A stretch of 36,121 bases of DNA from Hydrurus foetidus (Eukaryota), in contig UYFQ01000765.1 in NCBI GenBank assembly GCA_900617105.1, positions 1 to 36,121 on the forward strand. The letters are read 5' to 3'. Made by a program: the position numbers and the translations under genes. The notes below the pieces were generated by a model that did no database searches, was not told where the DNA came from, and was given only the letters and a program-made list of their open reading frames with translations. Shown piece after piece: positions 11,063 to 21,861 of this stretch (positions are counted from its first letter, which is position 1; every line of letters begins with the position of its first letter).

Positions 11063-11228
11063 CTTTCCGTGGCAGCTGGCCACGGGCTAGTGGAAGAGGA
11101 AAGTTCACTTTTCCGTCGAAAGTTCACTTTTCCGTCATGTCGACATTTTCCGTATATCCTCAATGTTACGGGCGGGCTTCTGAAAATGAAAACGTGGTGT
11201 TTTTTCTTCTGAGATTTTCCAACCGGCC
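11063..11228. mobile_element. Possible terminal fragment of another Harbinger-like element
   Basis: Ends in ..TTCCAACCGGCC followed by CTA; GGCC-type terminus resembles element A. Subterminal TTTCCGT repeats (AAAGTTCACTTTTCCGTC twice). No partner TIR in the window. Confidence 0.35.
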
Positions 11229-11231
11229 CTA

Positions 11232-11495
11232 CAGCGCACACGAAAAATGTCGACGTCCAAAAGCGACCAAAAAAGCGAAATCCAAAACCTCCAAAATTTC
11301 CAAAACATCGGTTTTCCATCGGTTTTTCATTTTTGAGGTTTTGGTTTCCTTCCCACAGGTCGGGTCGAGATGGGAAGAAAACCAAAACCTCCGATTTCAA
11401 AAACCTCTAAAAACCTCTTTTGAAAAATTTATCGGTTTTCCATTTTCGGTTTTGGGGTAGGTTTTGACGTCGACAATTTTCGTATATGGGCGACG
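11232..11495. mobile_element. Harbinger-type MITE, copy 2
   Basis: Collinear with 8327-8588 apart from small indels. Flanked by CTA (11229-11231) and TTA (11496-11498). Confidence 0.85.
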
Positions 11496-11753
11496 TTAGG
11501 CCTGTTCTTACAGCGAACCTATACGAAAATATTCGCAGGAAACCAGACCTGAAAGCGGCGAAAAAACAAAAGCAAAAGCTTGGTTTGAGAGTTGTAGTTT
11601 TCATCTACCTGCACAGAATTCCAAGAGCAGCAGTCAAAAGCAGACCTGCAACAAAACCGACTGCATACCTATACCGTAGGTGACAGCACATAACATACAA
11701 TATTCTCACAACACTACATTCTAGTTTGACATTGCTTTCGACAAACCTTCAGA

Positions 11754-13189
11754 ATGGACGAGGAGCTTCTGTTCGTAGCTGAAGCTGAACTCGAGGAAAA
11801 TGTGGAAAGTGACGAACAAAAGCTGGTCAGATGGAACAAAGAAATTTCTGACCTGAGAAATTCCTCGGACCTGTACAATTACATAACGCAAAGTTTACCT
11901 GTATCGGGACAACGTTTTGGTGCTTCTTTATCGATGAATCGTGCAATTGCGTTCCTAAAATCAGAGAGGTATCTCGACGAAAAGTTTCCTACTTGGGCAA
12001 GTTGCAATAGAGACAATAAAGAAAATGTCGCTGCCAGCTTCGCTTTAGTCCGCGCCGACACAGGTCACTTCAGGACTTTAAAGAAGGCTATTCTTGAGGG
12101 GTTTCTGCCGAAAAAAGTACCAGTGAGGAAGGTTTGCCATCAGCCTCTCATATTGGATGAAGTTGATGAGACATCGCTTGCACAACAGGCTGGGCGGCCC
12201 GTAGACCGAATAGCTCTACTGGCATGTGCCCTAGCGGACCCTGAGTTAACGTCAAAATTTACGGAGTTGTCGGCCCCAGTAGACGCCGCATTGCGACCAG
12301 CGATGCTCGATCAAGGCGCTGCCCACGTCAGCTTGGCTCGTTGGACTATACTAGCTGAAGAAATCAACGGCAAAAGGGAGTCGTATACAAACTTATTTTC
12401 AAATATAGAGATTAAAGGGCATGGAAAAGTTCTCGAGAGTATCGTTCCATCAAATGGGATCTTCTACTCTACATCATCTCTGCCGATGGGAAAACAGTTA
12501 AAATCACTGTTGACAAAAATGCGGAATGCAAATATGCTGCTCAAGGAACGAGTTAACAAGAGTGGTGACAATTCTGCAGAGGAGGAGCTAATTGAGTGTG
12601 CCTATGTTCGCACAGGTAAGAAATGTTGTTTGTTGCAAAAGCTCAATTCAGTCATAAGATGATTTGCACTGTACTTTATTTTCCGGAAGGGCTGGAAAAC
12701 AGACCTAAAGACATAGGACTCTTCTTTTTCTGGATGGCCCTGCGCGAAGAAAACCTCGATTTTCTCAAAGCAAATCTGTTCACTGACGAGAGTGCATCGG
12801 AAAGAAATGTAGATGAGAAGAATGCTGATGACGAATCGGAGAGATCTAATTACGCGAAGAGGAAGAGAAGAGAGGAGGAAACAGCACTGAAGAGACACAA
12901 TGCAATGAAACAGGAGCAGGTCGCTCTATTGAGGGAGTTCATGACTCCAAATTCAAATACAAACAATGAGAGCCCCCACAATGAGGCAGTAAATCTATCT
13001 ATTATTGCAAAGAATCAAGCTTGTGTGAATGACAAGAAATGCAATGCACTACTGACTGAGGCTCTGACGAAAAGTGAGAGGGTTAACAACTTGATGAAAT
13101 TTATGGAGAATCCAATGGTTTTTGGAATGTATGATGAAATGGAGCAAATGGAAATGAAGAGGGAGTTGAAGCGTCTAGTAAGTCTTTAG
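11754..13189 (+). CDS. Harbinger B accessory (second) protein, two exons, about 453 aa
   Basis: A phase-1 GTAAG..AG intron at 12616-12689 joins ORFs 11754-12662 and 12623-13189 in frame. Lies inside the TIRs and converges on the transposase. No Myb/SANT motif clearly recognised. Confidence 0.7.
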
Positions 13190-13284
13190 GTTTACATCCT
13201 TGTTGATATTCATAAGCTATAACGACGTCTCTAATTAATCAGCTTTCATTCATGAAACCAACTATTTGCATACAAGAGTTGAAA

Positions 13285-14647
13285 TCAATCAAGCTGATGA
13301 AACTCAGTATCGGATGTAGCAACTATGCCAGCATTAAAGATATCCTCAACTAATCGCATCCGAACTGAATTCTCAGCAGAAAGTGCTCTTGAATAGATAT
13401 AGTTGTTCTGTAATCGCGCAATGATTGGATCATCTTCTGGCATGGGATCGTCGACAAACTCTTGTCCAGGAACATCGGGCCATTGACGAACTCTGTTCAC
13501 GTAACATCTTGGTTTGCTCATCAGCCAACGATCGACACAGATGTTGTGAAGCATCGCACAAGCTCTAACAATTGTTGCGATCTTATCCAACCGGAATGTT
13601 ATCGGTTTCCAGAGAATTCCCCACCGCCTGACAAGAATACCAAACGCTCTTTCGATTGTTATACGTTGTGATGAGAGTATGTTATTGAACGACAACATTT
13701 TAAAATACAAGACTCTCTCATTTTTCTTCGCTCTTTTTAGTTGATAAATAGAAAAAAGAGTCAAATGCATACCACCACAAGATGAGTATGCCTCATCTAA
13801 CACAAATGTAGCCCAAGGTGGGAAGAAACCAGCCATTGCTTTGTGACAAATATCTGACATGTTGTAAGCGATAATGTCATTGGTGTTGCCGGGCCATTTC
13901 ACATCGAATACTGCAAATCGGGTGTTCGCATCGCAAAACCCCTGCGCGATAAGCGCCCAAAATCCCTTCCTATTTCTGAATATCGAGATCGGTCGTCCCC
14001 GTAATTCCTCGACCGACGGTTGGCCTATTTCGACGGCTAGTCCATCTCCAGCATAGATTGTCCCAGCTGTCAAGTGTTCACCCCAACGAACAAGCTGAAT
14101 TGCCGCCCACACTTTCGCTAATTTGAGACATTCAGCCTCCATTGATGCCAATCTGATATTGTCAATATTCCTATGAATGGCTTGTACTGTTTCCCATACA
14201 ACTTTTGAAACAGAGTCCACATGGACTCTGTAGTGTATCATGTCAAGATAGGATGCGCCAGCGAGAATTCTCAGAGTTATCATCAATTTCAACTCAGGGG
14301 TGATTGATGAGCCGGAGCTGTTTCTTGCTTGCTTTTCATTCTTCGATATGTCTCCAGAAATTTTCAGGAGGACGTAGAAGAAATCCTCCCGGTGCAATCG
14401 AAACTGTCGCCGAAACATTCTGTCGTCCAGTTCTGCAGCCCATATGAGAATTGCGGTTTCCCTCTCGAAAGTAGTTTGCAGGTAGGATATCCTGGCCCTC
14501 TAATGACAAGACAGACTTAAGAATGACGAATAATTTGATCATCTTGAAATCCAATTTGATTTCAGGTTGCAAGTCTTCGATATCACTCTCCTCAGAGTCG
14601 CTGCCCGAGTCATTACATCTCCGTCGCCATTTCAACTTCTGCAGCAT
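13285..14647 (-). CDS. Harbinger B DDE transposase (DDE_Tnp_4/HARBI1-like); N-terminus frameshifted or spliced
   Basis: FRRQFRL, IYAGDG, GNTND, VLDEAY, RITIERAFGILVRRWGIL and CAMLHN in ORF 13285-14418. A likely N-terminal piece lies in another frame up to 14647. Confidence 0.9.
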
Positions 14648-15191
14648 TTCTGTTCAGCAGCTCGAGAGATTGTGAAGTGATGTTGTATCAGTGTGATGTG
14701 TGATGCTCTGCTCACAATTGCAATCGTGCCCTGATGCAGTAGAAACACTGATTTGATGCGGTTTGAGATAAGGTTTCCTGCTGGTTTGATGTCATCGATG
14801 ACATGTTGTATATGTTCGCAACCTCAAAAAGCAGTCCATAGAGCTCACTTTTCAGGTGGTTTTTCATTTCTGGTTTGGTGCGAATTTTGTCGTATAGGTT
14901 CGCTGTTATGGTGAGGAGTAAACCACCCCCAAAAGTAGACCACTTTTGGAAAGTAAACCTCCGGTGTTTACTCTAAATTTCCGTTTGAATTTCTCTGTTA
15001 TGGTACTTCGCATCAAAGTAGGAAGTAAACCTCAACCGTAAGCATTTAAAGCTTACGTTATAAACATGACACGGTAAAACATGTCCTGTTCCAAAGTGCA
15101 ATGCATCATGTGCAACACAATTTATTCATATCACTTAGATCATATTTGAATCTTCTCCTATCGATCAGGCTGACAGTTATGGAGAGACTTA

Positions 15192-16166
15192 TTGAGTCGA
15201 GGAAAGTTTAGTGAGGTTGAAAAATTCAATCTCCTTCGTGGAATCTCCGTCACAGTCGCAGGCATTCGAGCAAATGGGAAAGTCCGGTCTTCAAAAGAAG
15301 AGTTAGAGTCGACCATGTTAAAGTTCTACCAAGAGAGATTGGAAATTGACCTGCTCTTTCATAAGAATGGAATTGCAGCTAACTTGACCGCAGAAAAAAT
15401 GAAAAAGCGTGTGGTAGGTGCTCCTAAGAAGCTCACGAAAAGAATGAGAGAGGCGTTGGAGAGGGCTGAAGTCAAAGCTGCCAAAAAAACGTCAGTGTGG
15501 CAGACCCTGAAAACTTTAGTGGTGTAGAGTGCAATGAGCTTTTTTGGAAATAAAGTATGAGGCGAATAACACATTCAATCCGCTATGGGTTAAAGCCCTC
15601 AACAAAAATGGAGAGATACCATCTGGAATCCAGTCAGTTGATTTGTTGGAGAAAGTCAGAGAGGGTGCGTTTGAAGTGAAAGATTTGCAGAGGAGAGTAA
15701 ATTTAGTTGCAAGTCGTAAACAAACGTTTTTTTAGATTTGACTACAAACGATGACATATCAAACAGATTACTCAGAGATAGTGTCAGGAACTCTTCGGAG
15801 ATCGTCTCATTACTGAGAACTTCAACAGACAATGAAAGAATCACCATAGATGCACTGGTGCTAAATGCTTCAAGAATGTATGAGTTGGATAGCACGGAGG
15901 AGAACAAAGCAGAGTACATTAGATCACTCAAAAAGCAGAGAGAGCTTCTTGTCCTTCGTTCAATAACTCCACTATCAGCTCCAGGAGCAGCACAAGCAAC
16001 AGCACCAGCACCCGTGTCGACACTAGAACCAGAATCACGTGTTGCTCAAGACACAGCAGATGTCATTGATGGCGACTACGAGTTCGATGAGATTGATGAC
16101 AACGTGTATAATGATGGCATGCATAACCTGTACAGCTCTTTTTCTATTGAAACATTTGAAGTTTAA
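15192..16166 (+). pseudogene. Harbinger A accessory ORF, disrupted
   Basis: Three consecutive ORF fragments inside element A, convergent with the transposase. Myb-like start (GKFSEVEKFNLLRGI), internal W..NGEIPSG and an acidic tail. Confidence 0.55.
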
Positions 16167-16213
16167 ATTACAATTGTATATCAGCAGAAGTAGTGCTGAT
16201 ATTAAAGTGCATG

Positions 16214-17738
16214 TCATATCCACTCGATTAAGTTGTTGTCAGCACAGTAAATATAATGATCAATTAGCTGCTTTCTAAATTCTGAATAAGAAGCATCTTC
16301 AAAGTCGTCTAGGTCTTCGACGTTAATGTTTCTTATTTCTTCATTCGTATTTTGCACGATAGCATCAGGATGGACTAATCTACCGCGCATTCGGAGACGC
16401 TCTCTTGCTTCTCTAATACCAATATCGTCCTCATCTTGAGGAGTCTCCCAATTCAACGGATCCTTCCATGAAACATCAAATTCATCATGTACTAAATTCA
16501 TGTTATGCAGTATCGACGATGCAGTAAACACATTATCGACTTTATTCTGATGATGAAACAGTATGTGATAATGCAGTATACGAAATCGTGCTTTTAGTCT
16601 ACCAAAGAAGCATTCAACATCTTTTTTAACGCTCTCTAATCTCACCGACCACCTCAGTTCACTTTGATTTGTGTAGCATTTTATAGGGCACTGCAAGATT
16701 CTCCATTTCGCGTAACCGTTATCCGTTATGAGATAAGGCCCACGGATTATAACTTCTGTTCCATCAGACTGTCATGTATAAAATGTATCAATTAGAACGT
16801 GGAAAAAAAACAAATAGATGATGTGTAGACTTAAAGAAGCAGTAATAGTAGTGGCGAAATCTTAATCGAACCTTATAAAGCTTAAATTCCACATCATGGA
16901 TTATCTTTTTTTCTTTCAAATCCATCACCAACTGATCCGTTTTAACTATGGTTTTATCGTTACGTGAGCCAGGATGATCTGGTGAAATGTAAAGACAGCG
17001 CCCTGAATGATTAACGGTAACTTCGTGCGCTATAGTTGGTCTCTTCTCTTTTCCACTGTAAGTGTTCTGAAATAAGGCTGGACAGCGTCCCCAATAAATA
17101 TGTGTACAGTCAACGCTGCCGATAGCTCCAGGAAAACCGAGCCGCGCATAGACTGCTAAATTGTCAGCTACTCCCATAGCGTCAGTGGGATAGAATATCC
17201 AACGATGCTTTAAAGCCTTGACAAAACGATCCCAGAATGAGTGATAAAAGCTCTGCATCGTTGAAATTGACATGCCGCTCAGCTCTGCAATAGCGTCGAA
17301 TGAGCAGCTTTTCGCTGACATTCGTAGCGCACCCAGAACTTTGAGTTCGAGGGGTACACCCTCTATTCCGACACAATCGATTGTGACATCTCCCATTTTG
17401 CCACTGCCGTTCGGCCATTCTCTTGCTTCCGCCACGATATCCCGAAACATCGAGAAAGGAATGCTGAATCTCCTCCGGAACAATTTGTTCTGAGGATGTC
17501 CAATAACTTTACACTCCCCTTTCAACAGCATCGTCCACCAGGTAGAATTGCTGTACACAGGTCGATCGTAAATTTTCCGCCCTAGTTTGACTACGACATC
17601 GGACTTCTCGAGAAATTTGCGTTTGAGTTTCCTTCCACTCAAAACAGCAGCAATCGCATCAGAATCCGCCGCTACCAGCTGAGCCGCAACCTGAAATAAC
17701 TTGTCAGCTCTGGGATCCAATTCATCACTCAACAGCAT
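16214..17738 (-). CDS. Harbinger A DDE transposase (Plant_tran-like subtype), two exons, about 473 aa, apparently intact
   Basis: FRRRFSIP, GSVDCTH, GSRNDKT. A phase-0 GT..AG intron at 16769-16871 gives ..LYK|SDGTEVIIRGPYLITDNGY..ESVKKDVECFFGRLKARFRIL..LHNM. Confidence 0.9.
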
Positions 17739-18095
17739 TGTCTTCTCTGAAATATGACTTGAAACTCACATCATGCGTATGATGCAGCGTAATCTGCAAT
17801 GCGATTCACTGTCGGTACCGTGTAGAGTTCAGACTGTTATACGGTTCTAGCAAAATGTGTCTACTTTTGCTCTCTCCAATGCGTCGAAGTAAATGCAGTA
17901 TACTTTGACATTTTCACGATCGAAAAGTAAGCACCGTCTACTTCGCATTTTTTCGAGGTCTACTCGAACGCCATAGTGGTGGATTTTTTGGAGGTTTTCC
18001 GAAAAGTAAACCACGAGGTATACTTCTGGAGGTTTACTCGACTGCCATAAGAACAGGCCTTAGGTCGGTCCATATGGTAAAACAAAATACGAAAT

Positions 18096-19184
18096 GACGA
18101 CTTTTCGCTGTAACCGGTCCCAGAGCGGGGACCGAAAACAAGGAGATATCGTTTTTGAGTAGCTCTCGTCGAGATAAGTACGGTAATGGTGCTATTGTAT
18201 AGTCGATTAGTATTATTTAGAGCAGGGGAGCGATTTTAAAAAGACGAAAAATTTCAGATGGAAAAAAACGGGGAAAAAAAACTGGGGATCGATTAGAGGA
18301 ATCTTGGGACTGTTTACAGGAAGCATGGGACCGTTTACAGAAAACATGGGACCGATTACATGTAAATAGCATTTTTGAGTAGATCTCATCAAAATAATGC
18401 GTGAAATGGTACTTTAATGCATTGCACTTGCAATATTCGTTGCGAAAAACGGTTTCTTAGATTTTTATGACCAATTGATGTGGTCGGGGATCGAATACAG
18501 ATAGAAGGTCTCAATATCCGTCTAAAACACTGTTATGATACAGCCAAATGTTTAACTATTACCAAACAAGATATAAAACTGCTATATATATGTATCATAA
18601 TCATGGAAATAAAGTGGGGTCGATGAACTCAATGCAGTACAAAAGTTATTAAATTTATAAGGCCATAATACAGTGAGTATATGTGTGTAGGAAAGAGTTA
18701 ATGGAAATAAGTGTAAAACATATAATAATAATCGTATTACTACAACTAATAGCTGTATTTGGCACCATTTTGTGTGATCTATCGCATGAGTGATGTGTCA
18801 TGGGATGGTTCGATAAGCGTGAAATGATATAATCGATTCAAAACAACTGCCGTAAAGTACAGAAGTATTCCTATAAAACAGTGTTATGATACATCAGAAT
18901 GCTGACCTCCGGCTTTACTCCATCAGAATTCAGAATGTCTTAACAGCTGAGCTCTACGTCAACTCGGTTACAACCAGTGGGGACCGCCTACTCATATTGG
19001 GGACCAGTTACATAGATTCAATTGGGACCGGTTACAGCACGAATGAAAAAATAGGTTTTATACGGTGTTTTTCGGTACTTTTGTGTGATTTTACCTAGTG
19101 CAACTTACGTTTTCAGAAAAAAGAACTTTCTTCCATGGAGGCGAAAATACTTCTACCTGGGACCGGTTACAGCGAAAAGTCGTC
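18096..19184. mobile_element. Non-autonomous TIR element D (superfamily uncertain)
   Basis: 27-bp TIR GACGACTTTTCGCTGTAACCGGTCCCA at both ends, imperfectly duplicated flanks (AAATACGAAAT / AAATACAAAT), many internal GGGACCGnTTACA motifs, no credible ORF. Confidence 0.85.
18285..18360 (+). repeat. Four degenerate 21-bp tandem units derived from the element D TIR core
   Basis: GGGATCGATTAGA, GGGACTGTTTACA, GGGACCGTTTACA and GGGACCGATTACA at about 21-bp period. Confidence 0.75.
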
Positions 19185-19845
19185 AAATACAAATCATCTA
19201 AAAGTCCATTTTTGTACTTCGTATTTCGTCCAGTCACGTTTGTTATGAAACGACGAAATACAAAATTGACCGTTTTTGTAATTCGTATGGTTGTCGTTCC
19301 GTATGCAATTTCGAAATACTAAGCACATATCTGAGTCAGCTGTCGACAATGCTCGTAGTCATTATTATATTATTCAAACGATGAAGCGTTCCGCCGCTCC
19401 TATTAGTACGCATCCTTCGGGAGCGTCCAAGAAAATGAAGCCGACTAAAGTCGTTGAGTCTTCCGTAATCAAGAAGGAAATAAAGCCTCTGAAGGTCATA
19501 GATAAATCTGGTCCGCCACCTTCTATCGACGCAAAACAACAGAAAGATTTTCACCATCTTTTGTCAGCAGCAGCGTACAACTCGGTACTGGAAGGAATCT
19601 CATTAGGTCATTCCTTGTGGTCGGAATACAGAATACAGAAAAGAAAAATCTAGTAATCCTCCGGGTTCTCGTTTGTTGTGGTGACGGATTTGATTTGGAG
19701 GATTATTTTTTCTGTTTTTACGAATAATCCAGAGGCCTAGTAGACAAAAAAAGGCCTCCGATCCTCCATGGTGAATCGTCTTGACAAAACTGCATTAGTA
19801 ATACTTTAAAGTCATATTTAGTCACAAATAGCCACATTCTGAACC

Positions 19846-21390
19846 ATGGAACAAATTGCATCTCTTCGCTCGTGCTTGGATAACGATGGCAACTTTGATC
19901 CAGCTAAATTTGCCCAGTATCGAAACCAGCGTTGTCAATATTTTGATGAAGATGAGGAAGAAGAAGTGGTTGTACCGAAGAAAAGGATGTTTGCGCATAG
20001 TCACTATGAGGGATATGACCCACAATCAGCTCTATGTTCTGAGTGGTACAACAGTTACGTGAAATATCCTGAAAAACAGAGAACTGTGACGTTTCACACT
20101 CTATTCAGAAGAAGATTTCGGATGCCTTATAAATCATATCGTGATATCGTTGCTGAGGCTAGAAATGATGACTGGTTTCCATCATATGAGAAATGCAATG
20201 CATTAGGACAGCCTGGCATCCCTTTAGACATTCTTATTCTTCGTGCACTGCGATACTTGGGAAGGGGATGGACATTTCATGACCTGTTTGAATCGACAGG
20301 TGTATCTGAGGAGATTCATCGTAAGTTCTTGAAAGACTTCACGGTTGCGTGCATGACATATCTTTATCCTAAATGGGTTAAGCGTCCTGAGACTGAGGCA
20401 GAAATAGAGGACTGCATGTCAGAGTTCAAACAAGCTGGATTCGATGGGTGTATAGGTTCCGCTGATGTCACGCATGTAGTTCTGGGAAGATGTCACTCCA
20501 GATTAAAGAATCAGAATAGTGGAGGAAAGGATTCACACACGACAAGAGCTTTTCAAATTGTTGTGAATCATCGTCGTTAAATTATTGCATCAACGGTGGG
20601 TTATCCTGGAAGGTGGAATGATCAAACAATTGTTAGATTTGACGGATTTGTGACTGATATTCAACGTGGGGAGTATTTAAAAGATAATAAATTCACACTT
20701 AAAAATGAGAAAGGAGAAGAGGAGAATTACACAGGAGGATGGATACTTGTGGATGGTGGGTCCTTAAACTGGTCAACTCTGATCTGTCCTGTGAAGCATA
20801 GTATATCAGTCAAAGAGTCAAGATGGTCACGGTGGGCAGAGTCATTGAGAAAAGATGTTGAGCGTACATTTGGCATATTAAAAGGTATTATACAGAATTT
20901 GTTAAAATACTATTTCATTTTACTATATTAACTAATTGCCCAATTATTTGATAGGACGGTGGAGAATACTGAAATCAGGAATTAGAGTGCATGGAACAAC
21001 ATTTGGTTTACATGTTGTGGTTTACATAATTTGTTATAACATGTGGATGGATTAGATAAAAAGTGGAAGAAAGGAGTAAAAAGTCCATTTCAAGGTGAGC
21101 TAGGTTGGCATGCATCTGGAGATGTTGAAACTTACGCTCCACTTATATTTAGAAGAGTCAATAATAATTCAAATCCTGATAGAATAAGAACTCTTGATTT
21201 AAGCAGCATTCATAATAAACCTTTTGGTTACGAAGGCGTCGAAGAATTTGATGGTATAGAGAATGCGAATTATAAAATATTAAAAATGACAAACAAAATG
21301 TTTAGAGATAAACTAATAACTCATTTTCATAAGCGTTGGGAATTGAATGATATAGTGTGGCCATCAAGAACAGGCAAAATGAAAGCATAA
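19846..21390 (+). pseudogene. Harbinger C DDE transposase (Plant_tran-like), disrupted
   Basis: FRRRFRMP, GSADVTH, GRWNDQT, LVDGG, ESLRKDVERTFGILK|GRWRILK across intron 20885-20954, CCGLHN. In-frame TAA at 20578-20580, frameshift near 21000, further stop near 21038. Confidence 0.9.
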
Positions 21391-21444
21391 TTAGACATCG
21401 CAAATTTGTAAATGTAATATTTGTAAAAACATTAATTACTATTA

Positions 21445-21861
21445 TTATTTGCCACGAGTGGTTACAGGACTACTTCTTAAGACACGTTTTGATGTTGTTG
21501 CTGATGAAGAAGATGAAGAAGATGAATATTGTGTAACATTCCTGACTGAGGTGTTTAAAGTTCCTTCCATTTCTTTCTGTAATATATCTCGTACGATACG
21601 TTCTCGTGCTACAGTCACTGGAGGTCTTCGCTTCGGTAAATTCTTCTGTGTCCAGTCATACTCATCGTCACTGGAACTTGTGTGGTTAGTAGATAAATCT
21701 ATATCTTTTGCAGCTTCATTACTTGTTCTTTGAGTGTTCCCCCTAATGAGTTCAATAACCGATGAAGGTTCCGATGTTGATTTGGTGGTCTGCTGTACTG
21801 ATGGTGTCGATTCGGTAGTAGGTTCCACTAAAGGTTTCTTGGTCTACTGTACTGATGTTGT
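21445..21861 (-). pseudogene. C-terminal remnant of the element C accessory ORF
   Basis: Ser/Thr-rich open frame convergent with transposase C, cut where Copia sequence begins. Confidence 0.4.

Larger units (their letters stand above)
11511..14905. mobile_element. PIF/Harbinger DNA transposon B
   Basis: TTA TSD at 11508-11510 and 14906-14908. Perfect 16-bp TIR CAGCGAACCTATACGA, extending imperfectly to about 44 bp. Convergent accessory ORF and DDE transposase. Confidence 0.95.
11499..18059. mobile_element. PIF/Harbinger DNA transposon A (element B nested in its left TIR)
   Basis: TTA TSD at 11496-11498 and 18060-18062. Removing B restores left TIR GGCCTGTTCTTATGGtgaggAGTAAACC, matching the right end reverse complement GGCCTGTTCTTATGGcagtcgAGTAAACC. 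Two convergent ORFs. Confidence 0.92.
18063..21861. mobile_element. PIF/Harbinger element C, right part deleted
   Basis: Starts GGTCGGTCCATATGG directly after TTA, has ATACGAAAT-type subterminal motifs, and contains a Harbinger transposase pseudogene plus the tail of a convergent ORF. No right TIR found. Confidence 0.6.

Noticed and set aside
9952..11683. Short ORFs on both strands across the repeats and MITE
   Set aside because: They lie in non-coding repeats or cross element junctions and show no protein motifs.
18285..18360. Periodic repeats as a CRISPR array
   Set aside because: Degenerate 21-bp period, no unique spacers, no cas genes; the units derive from the TIR core.
21734..21861. 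N-terminus of the 419-aa ORF as a real Copia domain
   Set aside because: It is antisense to the element C accessory ORF tail and joined to Copia only by the deletion junction.
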